Positions 1 through 8,740 of a stretch of 24,000 nucleotides of DNA are shown piece after piece. A program made the position numbers and the translations under genes. Positions within the stretch are counted from its first letter, which is position 1; every line of letters starts with the position of its first letter. Origin of the DNA: Candidatus Heimdallarchaeota archaeon (GTDB lineage Archaea > Asgardarchaeota > Heimdallarchaeia > Heimdallarchaeales > Heimdallarchaeaceae); contig JAGXNV010000001.1 in the NCBI GenBank assembly GCA_019894795.1, positions 83,469 to 107,468 on the forward strand, written 5' to 3'. Below the pieces are notes generated by a model. The model saw only the letters and a list, made by a program, of their open reading frames with translations. It had not been told where the DNA came from and searched no databases.

Positions 1-532
1 CTGGATTCCCATAATAAACATATGAACCCCAAAGAACCAAGTCCCCGAACCAATCATGCTTAGAATTTCTTACCTTTTTTCTAATGTGACGTCTAGCTTC
101 TTTAAGAGAATACGAAATTGAGTTGCCTTTCAAGAAAATCTTGTAAAATTCTTTAATCAGATCTGCAGAAGAAGAATCGAAAACAGACCATGAATTTGAA
201 ATTATCCCCTTAGATCCAGCTTGAATAAAACCTCTACACAATCCATTTATCTCGTCACCTATAGATACTGCTACTGTTCCAGTTTCACATGCGTTCAATA
301 TAACTAGTGCCGGATTTGTAAAATTAATGTTCTCAGGGATTTCGTTTCCATAAAGACGTTTTGAGTTCAAATCATCATCTAAAATAATCAGATAGCTTAA
401 ATTTGGCGTAATGCTGTTAAATTCACCATGCCCAGAGAAATGAAATATAAAACAGTCATAATCTCTAATGTGGTTTATTATGTTACTTGAATATGCATCC
501 TCATTTAGAAGCTCTTTTACAATGATATTATC
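1..532 (-). CDS. CHAT-domain (caspase-like Cys/His) protease, catalytic C-terminal part. The 3' end runs off the window and there is no in-frame start codon at the 5' end, so this may be a frameshifted continuation of the upstream ORF.
   Basis: My own translation of the minus-strand frame (last full codon ends at pos 2) gives DNIIVKELLNEDAYSSNIINHIRDYDCFIFHFSGHGEF...NPALVILNACETGTVAVSIGDEINGLCRGFIQAGSKGIISNSWSVFD...ADLIKEFYK...HDWFGDLVLWGSYVYYGNP. HFSGHG (His) and LNACETG (Cys), their spacing, and the terminal aromatic-rich ...YYG motif fit the CHAT family pattern (PF12770) as I remember it. The frame is closed upstream by TGA-TAG at 538-533. No ATG, GTG or TTG occurs before the His motif. 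Confidence 0.65.
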
Positions 533-1467
533 CTATCAATACTATCTAAGAAGAAGCTTATGTCTTCTATGAATTCAAAGAGAAACCTGACGAGTTCAGA
601 TTTTAATGAGGTTTTATGAAGTGCTATTAACTCATCAAGCATCTGGATATTTGTCTTTGTATTTGCAAATTCAGTATAAACCCCAATTATGTCTTTTTCT
701 TGAACTGAAGTAAGAAGATTTTCAAGAATGTCAAGAATGAAATACATCTTGTTATTGATATCTCCTGATTCGCTGTAATTGTCTAGCATAATCTGTGTTG
801 AGATTTCTTGAGCTTTCGTTGCAATATCCTCGTAAGCGATATCCAACATGTCGATTACAATCTCATCCACGTTCATCTCATCTGCTCTCTGTTCCGTTGG
901 CACAGTTGAAACTTCCATTCGATATGTTGTATCTTTGATTTCTTCATCTAACCATTTAACAAAGGAAGGTGTAACTATGGGTTTACGATTGAGAAGAGTG
1001 TCAGCAGATGTGAAATCCTCTTGTTTTGGCTTTGGGTGAAGAAATTGTTCTTTTATCTGTGAATGAACAGTATATTCAGGATAATTTTCGTAAACGTACT
1101 CCACTAACTGCCGCAAACTATAGTTTTTGAAATCATAACAGATGTCTTGGATAATTTGATCATAAATGTCCCCAAAATCGTTTTCCAATAAATACTGTTC
1201 TCCATGATCTGTTATTTGATAACGATGAAGAATTTCCCCACCAGCTTTCTCAACTTCTTCATGTTCAATATAACCATAGTCATCTAAATGCTGAATGTCC
1301 TCTTGGATAACTTGGCAAAATGGACCAAATTTGAAAGGAATGAAGTCATAACCTGTATTGATATGATAATTCTTCTCCAAAAGAAACAAGAGTTTTTGAA
1401 ACTGAACTCTCCCATTGACGAACCCCATATGTTTTAGAAGTAATAACAACGTTGCGTAACGGGACAT
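517..1467 (-). CDS. Hypothetical protein with a YwgA/SocA(Panacea, DUF4065)-like winged-helix N-terminal domain and an acidic helical C-terminal region
   Basis: 316-aa ORF. The N-terminus RVQFQKLLFLLEKN...GYDFIPFKFGPFCQVIQEDIQHLDDYGYIE...YQITDHGEQYL resembles the KLQKLLY...(F/W)..GP...L pattern of the SocA/GepA/YwgA family. This is from memory and needs an HMM check. A TATA-like TTTATATA lies 25 nt upstream of the ATG. The stop TAA is at 519-517. Confidence 0.6.
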   Translation of the reverse strand: MSRYATLLLLLKHMGFVNGRVQFQKLLFLLEKNYHINTGYDFIPFKFGPFCQVIQEDIQHLDDYGYIEHEEVEKAGGEILHRYQITDHGEQYLLENDFGDIYDQIIQDICYDFKNYSLRQLVEYVYENYPEYTVHSQIKEQFLHPKPKQEDFTSADTLLNRKPIVTPSFVKWLDEEIKDTTYRMEVSTVPTEQRADEMNVDEIVIDMLDIAYEDIATKAQEISTQIMLDNYSESGDINNKMYFILDILENLLTSVQEKDIIGVYTEFANTKTNIQMLDELIALHKTSLKSELVRFLFEFIEDISFFLDSIDRIISL

Positions 1468-1490
1468 TTCAATATAATTAACAAGAGATT

Positions 1491-1500
1491 AATATATAAA
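1491..1500 (-). promoter_or_regulatory. TATA-box-like element for the 1467 gene, implying a leaderless or near-leaderless transcript
   Basis: The minus strand reads TTTATATATT followed by 23-25 nt and then the ATG at 1467-1465. The AT-rich background limits specificity. Confidence 0.4.
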
Positions 1501-1580
1501 CTCATAGAAATATTTAGGACTTAACCGTGTTAAACTCTTTTTATCGGCAATTTACTGATTTTAGTGCTAATTTTGTTCCT

Positions 1581-2696
1581 TCAGAGGTCAATTTTGTAAA
1601 TGATTTTCTCGCGGAAACCTGTAATTACAGCCGTATATCCCCTTAACAACAAATCCAATTCATTATCTCCTGTATCAACTAAAAATGAACGACCATTTAG
1701 TGAATTGATTTTATGCTTTGTAGCCAAGACGATTATATTGTCTTTTCCTACACTTCTAATCACTTGTGGGCTTAATTGTTGATTACCTCTACCAAATAGG
1801 AAACCTTGACCTCCAATAGGTGTGATAACTATTTTGGTTTTTTTTCCTTTAATTTGCACAAGTAGTTTTTTTTCATTTAAGTCTAATTCAATGAGTTTTT
1901 TTCTGTAAATAAGATCTACACCTAACAAAGTATAATCAAGTTTCAGTTTTTCCATAATTGATTTAGTAGTTGTACCAGGACCGATAATATACAGATGATC
2001 CTCATCCATATTGTCAACAATTTCCTGAGCGATTGCTTCTTGCGAATATTTTTCAGTTGCTGAACTTCCTATTTTCAAACCTTGAGTGTACTTTTTCTCA
2101 AATGGAATCTTTAGATAACCATATAATTTTGCAGAAATGGTTCCTGCTCTGAATGCCTCTTCGTCAATGTCCATAACTTCTGCTTTTCTTAGCTCTTTCA
2201 CCTTTCCTTGAAGAAAAAGTGCAACAAGATCCCCAGCTCTTATTGGATTGTGGGCATATATAGCTGAATGCATTTTGACTCCTGTTGGGATGCCCAGTAC
2301 AACAATTTCATCCCCAATAGCTTCGTAAATATCTCTAGCTGTTCCATCTCCTCCAGAAAAAAGTAAGAAATCAATCTTAAGATTACACAACTCTTTAGAT
2401 GCTCTTTGAGTATCATCTGCTGTAGTCTTTCCTTTAATTATAGCTCCAATAACTCTAGGATTGAATCCACACTGTTTAGCAATATTTTCTCCCATCTCTC
2501 CAGGATACGTGATTAGCTCAAACTCGTCTTTGAGGAAAACTAATCTTTCCAATGCTTTGATGGTTCGTTCAGGTGAAACCTGTTCTGCTCCTAAACTTCT
2601 TGCCTTAGCTAAGATGGTCGGTCCATCAGTTCCTTTAAGCCCTACTTTACCACCCATACCCGCAATTGGGTTTACTATTAAACCTATTTTCTTCAA
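1581..2696 (-). CDS. ATP-NAD kinase-like protein (COG3199 / AcoX-like family)
   Basis: 371 aa. The N-terminal GLIVNPIAGMGGKVGLKGTDG and the GGDGT motif (LLFSGGDGTARDI) are typical of the COG3199 NAD kinase / diacylglycerol kinase-like fold. The only start that retains the conserved N-terminus is TTG at 2696-2694. Confidence 0.8.
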   Translation of the reverse strand: MKKIGLIVNPIAGMGGKVGLKGTDGPTILAKARSLGAEQVSPERTIKALERLVFLKDEFELITYPGEMGENIAKQCGFNPRVIGAIIKGKTTADDTQRASKELCNLKIDFLLFSGGDGTARDIYEAIGDEIVVLGIPTGVKMHSAIYAHNPIRAGDLVALFLQGKVKELRKAEVMDIDEEAFRAGTISAKLYGYLKIPFEKKYTQGLKIGSSATEKYSQEAIAQEIVDNMDEDHLYIIGPGTTTKSIMEKLKLDYTLLGVDLIYRKKLIELDLNEKKLLVQIKGKKTKIVITPIGGQGFLFGRGNQQLSPQVIRSVGKDNIIVLATKHKINSLNGRSFLVDTGDNELDLLLRGYTAVITGFREKIIYKIDL

Positions 2697-2718
2697 ATGA
2701 AACCATCTTTGTGCAAAT

Positions 2719-4269
2719 TTATTTTTGAGTTTTCTTCAAATATGCTCTCCAGGTAATAGCCCATTTAGAAGGATCATCTAGTGCATCTGTTTCAATTTTA
2801 TGTACTACACTTCTATGAGGAGCACTCTTTACTAGTTCTGGATTTTCATATGATTCTTCAACCACTCTCTTTAGTCCAGCAATGTACTCATCGATTTCTG
2901 CTTTTGAATAAGATTCTGTGGGTTCTAGAGTAAAAGGTTGAGGAACAATGAATGGGTGATGGCTTGACCACATGTGAAAACCAAAATCAGCCATACGACA
3001 AGTGATATCTTCTGTTGTCACCCCTGTTTCATTGTAAAGCTCTTCCCAACTATAACGAACTTGTTCAATTCGATGCCTTCCTTTAGCATATGGAGCACTA
3101 GCACCGCGAATCTCTAGTATTCTCTTTAATAGATAATTATTATTGAGTACAGCAATTTGCGAGACTTCCTTTAAACCTGCATTACCTAAACTCATAATCC
3201 ATGAGTAAGCTTTCAAAATTGCGGGAGCCACTCCATAGAAGGACCTAACTTTACCTATTGTATTGGAAACATTGTAATTGAAATGATATTTTTCCTCATC
3301 AAATTCGACTAGAGGAACAGGAAGGTATTTTATGAATTTATTAGTTACACCAAGTGCACCAGTAGCGGGTCCACCACATCCGTGAGGAGAGGAAAATGTC
3401 TTATGAAGATTAAAGAAACAGAGATCAAAGTCAGCTTCTTTTGCTCTTGTAATTCCTAAAATTCCGTTTGCATTAGCTTGATCATAACCACACACCCCTC
3501 CTACTTCATGGACAATTCGAGTAAAATCTTTAATTTTTGGATTGAAAATCCCGGTATCTTCTGGATTAGTAATTAGTAAACCAGCAGTACGATTAGAAAC
3601 AGCTTTTTCTAGAGCTTCAACATCGGGTAAACCATCCTCATTTGGATAAATGTTGATGATTTTATACCCTTTTACATTTGGTGCAGCTGCATCAGAAGGA
3701 TGAGAGAACATCGTTGTAATGATTTCATCACGCTGTTCTGATTCACCTTTAGAGTCATGATATGCTTGAATAACAGATGCCATTGCTAATATTGCTTGAC
3801 TACCTCCTCCAGGTTGGAATGTAAACTTATCTAGACCTGAAATTTCCCTGAGGAATAAATCCAATTTGTAAATTATTTCTAGAATCCCTTGAACAGTGCT
3901 TTCATCTTGTGCTGGGTGAAGTGCTGTTAATTTTGGTGAAGATGCCAGTTTTTCATTAATCTTTGGACTATATTTCATGGTACATGTTCCTTGACCAATA
4001 TCTACGTTAAAATCTGCTCCCAGAGTTTGCTGAGATAATCTCAGATAATGCTTGAGAACCCGCATTTGAGATATCTCTGGTAAATTGGGTGGTTTTTGTC
4101 TTATCATGTTTTCAGGTAATTTGGAAAAACCATCTCCAACAACGTCTTCAATTCCTTGTTCAATCTCAGGAAAGAGGATGCCTCGTTCTCCTTTGTTACT
4201 TAACTCGTAGATAACTGGCTCATCCCATTTAGCTTGATGAAAATTCTTTGTTCTTGTTTGTTTGTTCAT
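2719..4269 (-). CDS. gcvPB: Glycine dehydrogenase (aminomethyl-transferring) subunit 2, P-protein C-terminal half
   Basis: 516 aa. The PLP-lysine motif NLHKTFSSPHGCGGP and the overall GcvPB pattern are present. The ATG overlaps the gcvPA stop as ATGA at 4266-4269. Confidence 0.95.
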   Translation of the reverse strand: MNKQTRTKNFHQAKWDEPVIYELSNKGERGILFPEIEQGIEDVVGDGFSKLPENMIRQKPPNLPEISQMRVLKHYLRLSQQTLGADFNVDIGQGTCTMKYSPKINEKLASSPKLTALHPAQDESTVQGILEIIYKLDLFLREISGLDKFTFQPGGGSQAILAMASVIQAYHDSKGESEQRDEIITTMFSHPSDAAAPNVKGYKIINIYPNEDGLPDVEALEKAVSNRTAGLLITNPEDTGIFNPKIKDFTRIVHEVGGVCGYDQANANGILGITRAKEADFDLCFFNLHKTFSSPHGCGGPATGALGVTNKFIKYLPVPLVEFDEEKYHFNYNVSNTIGKVRSFYGVAPAILKAYSWIMSLGNAGLKEVSQIAVLNNNYLLKRILEIRGASAPYAKGRHRIEQVRYSWEELYNETGVTTEDITCRMADFGFHMWSSHHPFIVPQPFTLEPTESYSKAEIDEYIAGLKRVVEESYENPELVKSAPHRSVVHKIETDALDDPSKWAITWRAYLKKTQK

Positions 4270-5681
4270 TTTCTATTCTCTCCTTCGTTTATACATTCAT
4301 CCAAAGCTTGGACAAGTCTATCAATATCCTCTTTTGTATGAATTTCAGTTACACAATAAACAGCACAATTTCCTAGTTCCGGAAATTCACTTGAAATATC
4401 TTTACCACCAAAGATTCTCTTTTTGAGTAGGGTTTTGTTCACTTCTTTTACAGTTTTACCTGTTCCATCCAAATTCACAACGAATTCTTTGAAGTGAGAT
4501 GATTGACTGAATTGAATTTTAACTCCTTGAATTTCTGAAAGTTTCTTCATTACATACTGAGATTTTTGTAAAACTAATTTTCCAAGCTCTTGCATACCTT
4601 GGGGTCCTGCTAAAGCCAAATAAACACCTGCAGTGATTCCCCATAGCGCAGTAGCTGTACCTATGAACTCCTTACCTTCAATTCTATCATGAAAAGATGT
4701 TCTGTCATAAGTTACATCACCGAACCCATGTTCTCCTTCAACAACTGTGGTAGTTATACCAAAAAGACGCGAGGGGTATTCCATAACATATCGTTCTTCG
4801 TCTCTAGTAGCTATAAAACCTGCGAGTCCTCCACCAAATTGCATGTGTATACCCAACGACTGAATATCACCACAAACAATATCTGCTCCGTAATTACTCG
4901 GTGGAACAAGTATGCCTAAGGATATCGGATCGGTTCCAACAAGACTTAATGCACCATGAGAATGTGCAATATCAGCAATTATCTGGCCTTGATCTTCTAT
5001 ACATCCTAAATATGAGGGAGTTTCAAAATAAATACCGGCTGTCTTTGATGAGATTTTGGTTTTTAAATCATCAAGATCTAAATTTCCAGTTGTTGTATTG
5101 TATTTAACTAGTTTAATGGTGACTGTAGGTTTGCAATAGTTTTGGATAATTAATAATCTGTCAGGTGAAATGGATTTAGAGATTAGTATCTCAGTTCGAC
5201 CAGTTATTCGAGTAGCCATTCTTATGGAAGTACTTGCTGCTTGCCCCCAATCATAGGTTGGGACATTTACAACATCCATCTCCAAAAGCTCCCCCATCAT
5301 ACTTGCATATTCAAAAAGTGTCTGAAACCTTCCATGATCTTCATAAGGTTCTCCAGCATATGCTGTTAGAAATTCCGAACGTCGATTGATTTCATCGCAT
5401 ATTGCAGGTACATAATGTTGCCAACAGTCTCCACCTAAGAAGCTGAGATTCTCTTGACATGTTTGATTTTTAGATAGAATCTGTTCCACATGTCTACTTA
5501 GGTCATATTCCGATGGGAACGGTTTGGGTAAATTCATATCATCCTTGAACCTTAGTTCTTCAGGAATATCCTTGTAAAGTTCTTCAATGGTTTTTACACC
5601 AATTACGTTTAGCATCTCTGCTTTTATTTCCGGAACGGAATTTGGAATATACGGGTGAATTAATATTTTCTTTTTATCCAT
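4266..5681 (-). CDS. gcvPA: Glycine dehydrogenase (aminomethyl-transferring) subunit 1, P-protein N-terminal half
   Basis: 471 aa with a typical GcvPA sequence (HPYIPNS..., SFLGGD, YQPEISQG-type region). A GGAGAG Shine-Dalgarno-like site lies 7 nt upstream of the ATG. The gene is translationally coupled to gcvPB. Confidence 0.95.
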   Translation of the reverse strand: MDKKKILIHPYIPNSVPEIKAEMLNVIGVKTIEELYKDIPEELRFKDDMNLPKPFPSEYDLSRHVEQILSKNQTCQENLSFLGGDCWQHYVPAICDEINRRSEFLTAYAGEPYEDHGRFQTLFEYASMMGELLEMDVVNVPTYDWGQAASTSIRMATRITGRTEILISKSISPDRLLIIQNYCKPTVTIKLVKYNTTTGNLDLDDLKTKISSKTAGIYFETPSYLGCIEDQGQIIADIAHSHGALSLVGTDPISLGILVPPSNYGADIVCGDIQSLGIHMQFGGGLAGFIATRDEERYVMEYPSRLFGITTTVVEGEHGFGDVTYDRTSFHDRIEGKEFIGTATALWGITAGVYLALAGPQGMQELGKLVLQKSQYVMKKLSEIQGVKIQFSQSSHFKEFVVNLDGTGKTVKEVNKTLLKKRIFGGKDISSEFPELGNCAVYCVTEIHTKEDIDRLVQALDECINEGENRK

Positions 5682-5732
5682 AAGTTATCTCTCCAAAAAA
5701 GAATGTTTGCAGTTGTTTCTAGAAATCATGAT

Positions 5733-6524
5733 TTAAGCTAGACCTCCTCCATCAACAATTATGGATGTTCCTGTTACCCAGTTTGAAAGACCACTAGCAA
5801 GAAATAGAACTGCATTAGCTACGTCTTGAGGATTACCTACACGATTGAGAGGACGGTCAGCAGCTTCCTTCATGAATTCGTCTTCATCAACATCCAATTG
5901 CTTTGCTTCTCCTCTTAATAGTGGAGTATCAACATCTCCTGGACAAACACAATTAACACGAATCCCATGTTTGCCATGGTCAATTGCCATTGCGCGTGTC
6001 ATGTTTACAACTCCACCTTTTGCCGCACAATAAGCTACGGCATTAGAGCCACCTTTGATTCCCCAACCAGAACCATTGTTAATTATGCTCCCACTTTTAC
6101 CTTTGATCATGATTGGAATTACGTACCGAGAAAGTAAATAGATTGACTTCATGTTAACATCTACAACTAAATCCCAATCTTCTTCTTCTAATTCTACAAT
6201 GTTTTTACGTCGTATCACACCCGCATTGTTAAACAGAATATCTATCCTACCAAACTCTTTGTAAATAGATTCAACTGTTTTATTACACTCTGCATCAGAA
6301 GTTACATTGCACAGGAAAAATTTAGCTTCTCCTCCTCCTTCTTTTATTTGTTTAGCTGCATTGCTCCCATCTTTTTCATTAATATCTATTAATGCTACAA
6401 TGGCACCCATCTCTGCCAGAAGGTTAGCGGTTGCTAATCCAATACCAGAGGCTGCCCCAGTAACTATTGCTACTTTTTCCTTCAATGAAATAAGTTTTAA
6501 AATTCGATTGTTTTTTGTAATCAT
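5733..6524 (-). CDS. Short-chain dehydrogenase/reductase (classical SDR, FabG/glucose-dehydrogenase-like)
   Basis: 263 aa with TGAASGIG (TGxxxGxG), NNAG, a YCAAK (YxxxK) catalytic motif and PG after beta-6. Confidence 0.9.
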   Translation of the reverse strand: MITKNNRILKLISLKEKVAIVTGAASGIGLATANLLAEMGAIVALIDINEKDGSNAAKQIKEGGGEAKFFLCNVTSDAECNKTVESIYKEFGRIDILFNNAGVIRRKNIVELEEEDWDLVVDVNMKSIYLLSRYVIPIMIKGKSGSIINNGSGWGIKGGSNAVAYCAAKGGVVNMTRAMAIDHGKHGIRVNCVCPGDVDTPLLRGEAKQLDVDEDEFMKEAADRPLNRVGNPQDVANAVLFLASGLSNWVTGTSIIVDGGGLA

Positions 6525-6561
6525 AGAGTTTCATCCCAATAATCTTCTTGTTTTGTGAAAT

Positions 6562-7329
6562 TTAATCCTCCATTGGAGTATACGGACCTGCTGTTTCTCC
6601 ACCATCAATAGCTATAGCTTGACCAGTAATATATGCTGCCTCAGCTGATGCTAAAAATGCAAATAAGCTTGCAACTTCTTCTGGTTCAGCATGACGATTC
6701 AAAGGTATTTTTGAATTAACCACTTCCAGCATTTCAGGAGTATATTCAGCTTTTTGCATTGGTGTAAGCACATATCCAGGACAAATGGCATTTACTCTTA
6801 ACCATGGAGCAAATTCTAGGGCTAACGATTTCGCTAGAAGGATTACACCTGCTTTTGAACTATTATAATCTGCATAAAATGAGTGTCCCTCAGTTCCGTT
6901 AGTGGAACCTGTTAACAAAACAACTCCAGAAAGCTGTTTCTTCATTCGTATTATTGCTTCTTTTGCACATAGAAACATTCCATCTAGATTTACCCGTAGA
7001 ACTTTAGACCATTGTTCGTAATCGATCTTAAGAAAAGGGTTACGAAAACTTATCCCCGCATTGGAAATAAGTACGTCAATACCACCTAGAATATCATCGA
7101 TTTTCTTAAACGCTGCTCCAACATCTTCCGGATTACTAACATCAGCATACACACCACCAATGATTTCAGGAATGACGGATGAAATTTTATCTAGATCCTC
7201 TTTATTCCAATCGATGATAACAACCTTGGCTCCTTCATTAACAAAACGTTTGGCGGTTGCTAGTCCTATACCACTTGCTCCACCTGTAATTACAACTCGT
7301 TTTCCACTAAGATCTTTGTATATACCCAT
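6562..7329 (-). CDS. Short-chain dehydrogenase/reductase (classical SDR)
   Basis: The track ORF 6562..7461 is trimmed to the internal ATG at 7329-7327 (MGIYKDLSGKRVVITGGASGIG). The first 44 codons overlap the divergent neighbour and lack SDR similarity. Motifs present are TGGASGIG, NAG and YNSSK. Confidence 0.85.
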   Translation of the reverse strand: MGIYKDLSGKRVVITGGASGIGLATAKRFVNEGAKVVIIDWNKEDLDKISSVIPEIIGGVYADVSNPEDVGAAFKKIDDILGGIDVLISNAGISFRNPFLKIDYEQWSKVLRVNLDGMFLCAKEAIIRMKKQLSGVVLLTGSTNGTEGHSFYADYNSSKAGVILLAKSLALEFAPWLRVNAICPGYVLTPMQKAEYTPEMLEVVNSKIPLNRHAEPEEVASLFAFLASAEAAYITGQAIAIDGGETAGPYTPMED

Positions 7330-7584
7330 TTTATTCACTACACTGTACAATTTTAGTATTCCTATTTTATTTTTTCGCAGATAACCGTTACATCTATTCC
7401 ATTGATGATAAATGATTGTTGGCACTATCTTCTGTTCGAAATAGTTCGTTATGAAATGCATTTTTTATCTCTCTTCTTGCCCTCTCGTATCGAAAGACCC
7501 TTTTTCTATATTACACAAATAATACGCTACAATTACGTGGCAAGAACAGCTGAATTCAAAAAATTTTATAAGAAACTAACTCCT

Positions 7585-8613
7585 ATGTTTTCTATTATGA
7601 AAAAGAAAAATATTATTGCTATAATGATGACTGCTATTGGAATAGCACTCATAACAACAGCATTAGTTATAGTTTACGCCTCATATCCTCCAAGAGGAAA
7701 TACAATTGATGCAGCAATAACGGATTATTTCTATGACACTAGAAGTGATACCCTCGCACTCATAATGTATATAATTACTTGGTTGGGAGAATCTTTAGTA
7801 TACATTGGTATGTTACTCTTTCTTTATTATCTCTGGGATAAAAAGAGAACCTTCAGGACAATGTCACTATTAATTACATCTTCAGTTGTTAACGTTTCAG
7901 CTAAAGCTATCTTTAGATTAGAAAGACCCCCTGACTATCAGCACTACGAACACATAGAAGAGCTGTCTTCTGGATTACCTAGTGGTCACGCGCAACTGAG
8001 TACTACCGTTTGGGGTATGCTTGGAATCTTCCTAAAGAAGGTGATGATCGTTTTCGCGATTCTATTACCCTTGTTAATAGGTTTCTCTAGAATATATTTA
8101 GGCGTGCATTGGTTTACTGATGTAATAATGGGATATGGCATAGCATTAATTATACTAGCGTTGTACATTTTCCTTGGTGAATACATTGAGAATTTCCTCA
8201 ACGAGAAGTCAGCTATAATTAAAATCTTAGTAGCCATTGCAGTATGTGCTATTTTTGCTATTCTTGTAATTTTCTTACTTCTTAATAGAGTTGAAAATGA
8301 TACAGAGCTAATTTCCGGTAGCCTAAAACTCATAGTGTTACTTGTTACACTTTCTATTTCTTATTCAGTTGAAGGTTCGTTAATTAATTTTAGTAATGAA
8401 ATTGATAAATGGTGGAAATACCTTGTTAGGATTTTGATCGGTGGCGCAATCTTTGGGATTTTCTATTTTGGAGTGTCAATGCTATTTGATCTTGCTATTA
8501 ACGCTGTAGCCTGGGTGGGTATAGAATTAACACTCGACTTGATTAGGTATGCTATGCTTGGCCCTGCCCTCCTCCTACTTGCGCCTTGGATAATGATGAA
8601 GTTAAAGGTCTAA
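7585..8613 (+). CDS. Polytopic membrane protein with a PAP2 (type-2 phosphatidic acid phosphatase / undecaprenyl-PP phosphatase-like) domain plus an extra C-terminal transmembrane region
   Basis: All three PAP2 motifs are present: KAIFRLERP (Kx6RP), PSGH and SRIYLGVHWFTD (SRx5Hx3D). The track start (TTG 7402) is implausible. An ATG at 7585 or 7597 directly precedes the first transmembrane helix, and TTTTATAA at 7564-7571 is TATA-like. Confidence 0.85.
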   Translation: MFSIMKKKNIIAIMMTAIGIALITTALVIVYASYPPRGNTIDAAITDYFYDTRSDTLALIMYIITWLGESLVYIGMLLFLYYLWDKKRTFRTMSLLITSSVVNVSAKAIFRLERPPDYQHYEHIEELSSGLPSGHAQLSTTVWGMLGIFLKKVMIVFAILLPLLIGFSRIYLGVHWFTDVIMGYGIALIILALYIFLGEYIENFLNEKSAIIKILVAIAVCAIFAILVIFLLLNRVENDTELISGSLKLIVLLVTLSISYSVEGSLINFSNEIDKWWKYLVRILIGGAIFGIFYFGVSMLFDLAINAVAWVGIELTLDLIRYAMLGPALLLLAPWIMMKLKV

Positions 8614-8740
8614 AGCAATTTCACACCTTTTTTTCTCTTCTTTATTTTTAAAAATACAAAAGATATCTTATATGTTGTCTTTCAACATTAGATTTTTAAA
8701 GTAAATCTGACTGGCTAAATTAGTTGAAAGAGGATTCAAA

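Noticed and set aside
7330-7584. N-terminal extensions of the track ORFs 6562..7461(-) and 7402..8613(+), which overlap each other across the divergent intergenic region. The region also contains a TGATGA box-C-like motif at 7394-7399.
   Set aside because: The extensions lack similarity to the SDR and PAP2 families, and internal ATGs sit exactly at the start of the conserved domains. For a box C/D sRNA, no CTGA D or D' box occurs at the required spacing of about 12 nt or about 50-60 nt (only CTGT, and a CTGA about 150 nt away).
8660-8712. Three adjacent small palindromes or hairpins in the rps7 upstream region, a possible autoregulatory leader. They are AAGATATCTT (8660-8669), ATGTTG-tcttt-CAACAT (8672-8688) and AGATTT-ttaaagt-AAATCT (about 8690-8708).
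   Set aside because: The stems are only 5-6 bp and almost purely A/T. By rough estimate, such inverted repeats are expected at about this density in AT-rich spacers. No similarity to any ribosomal-protein binding site is known to me.
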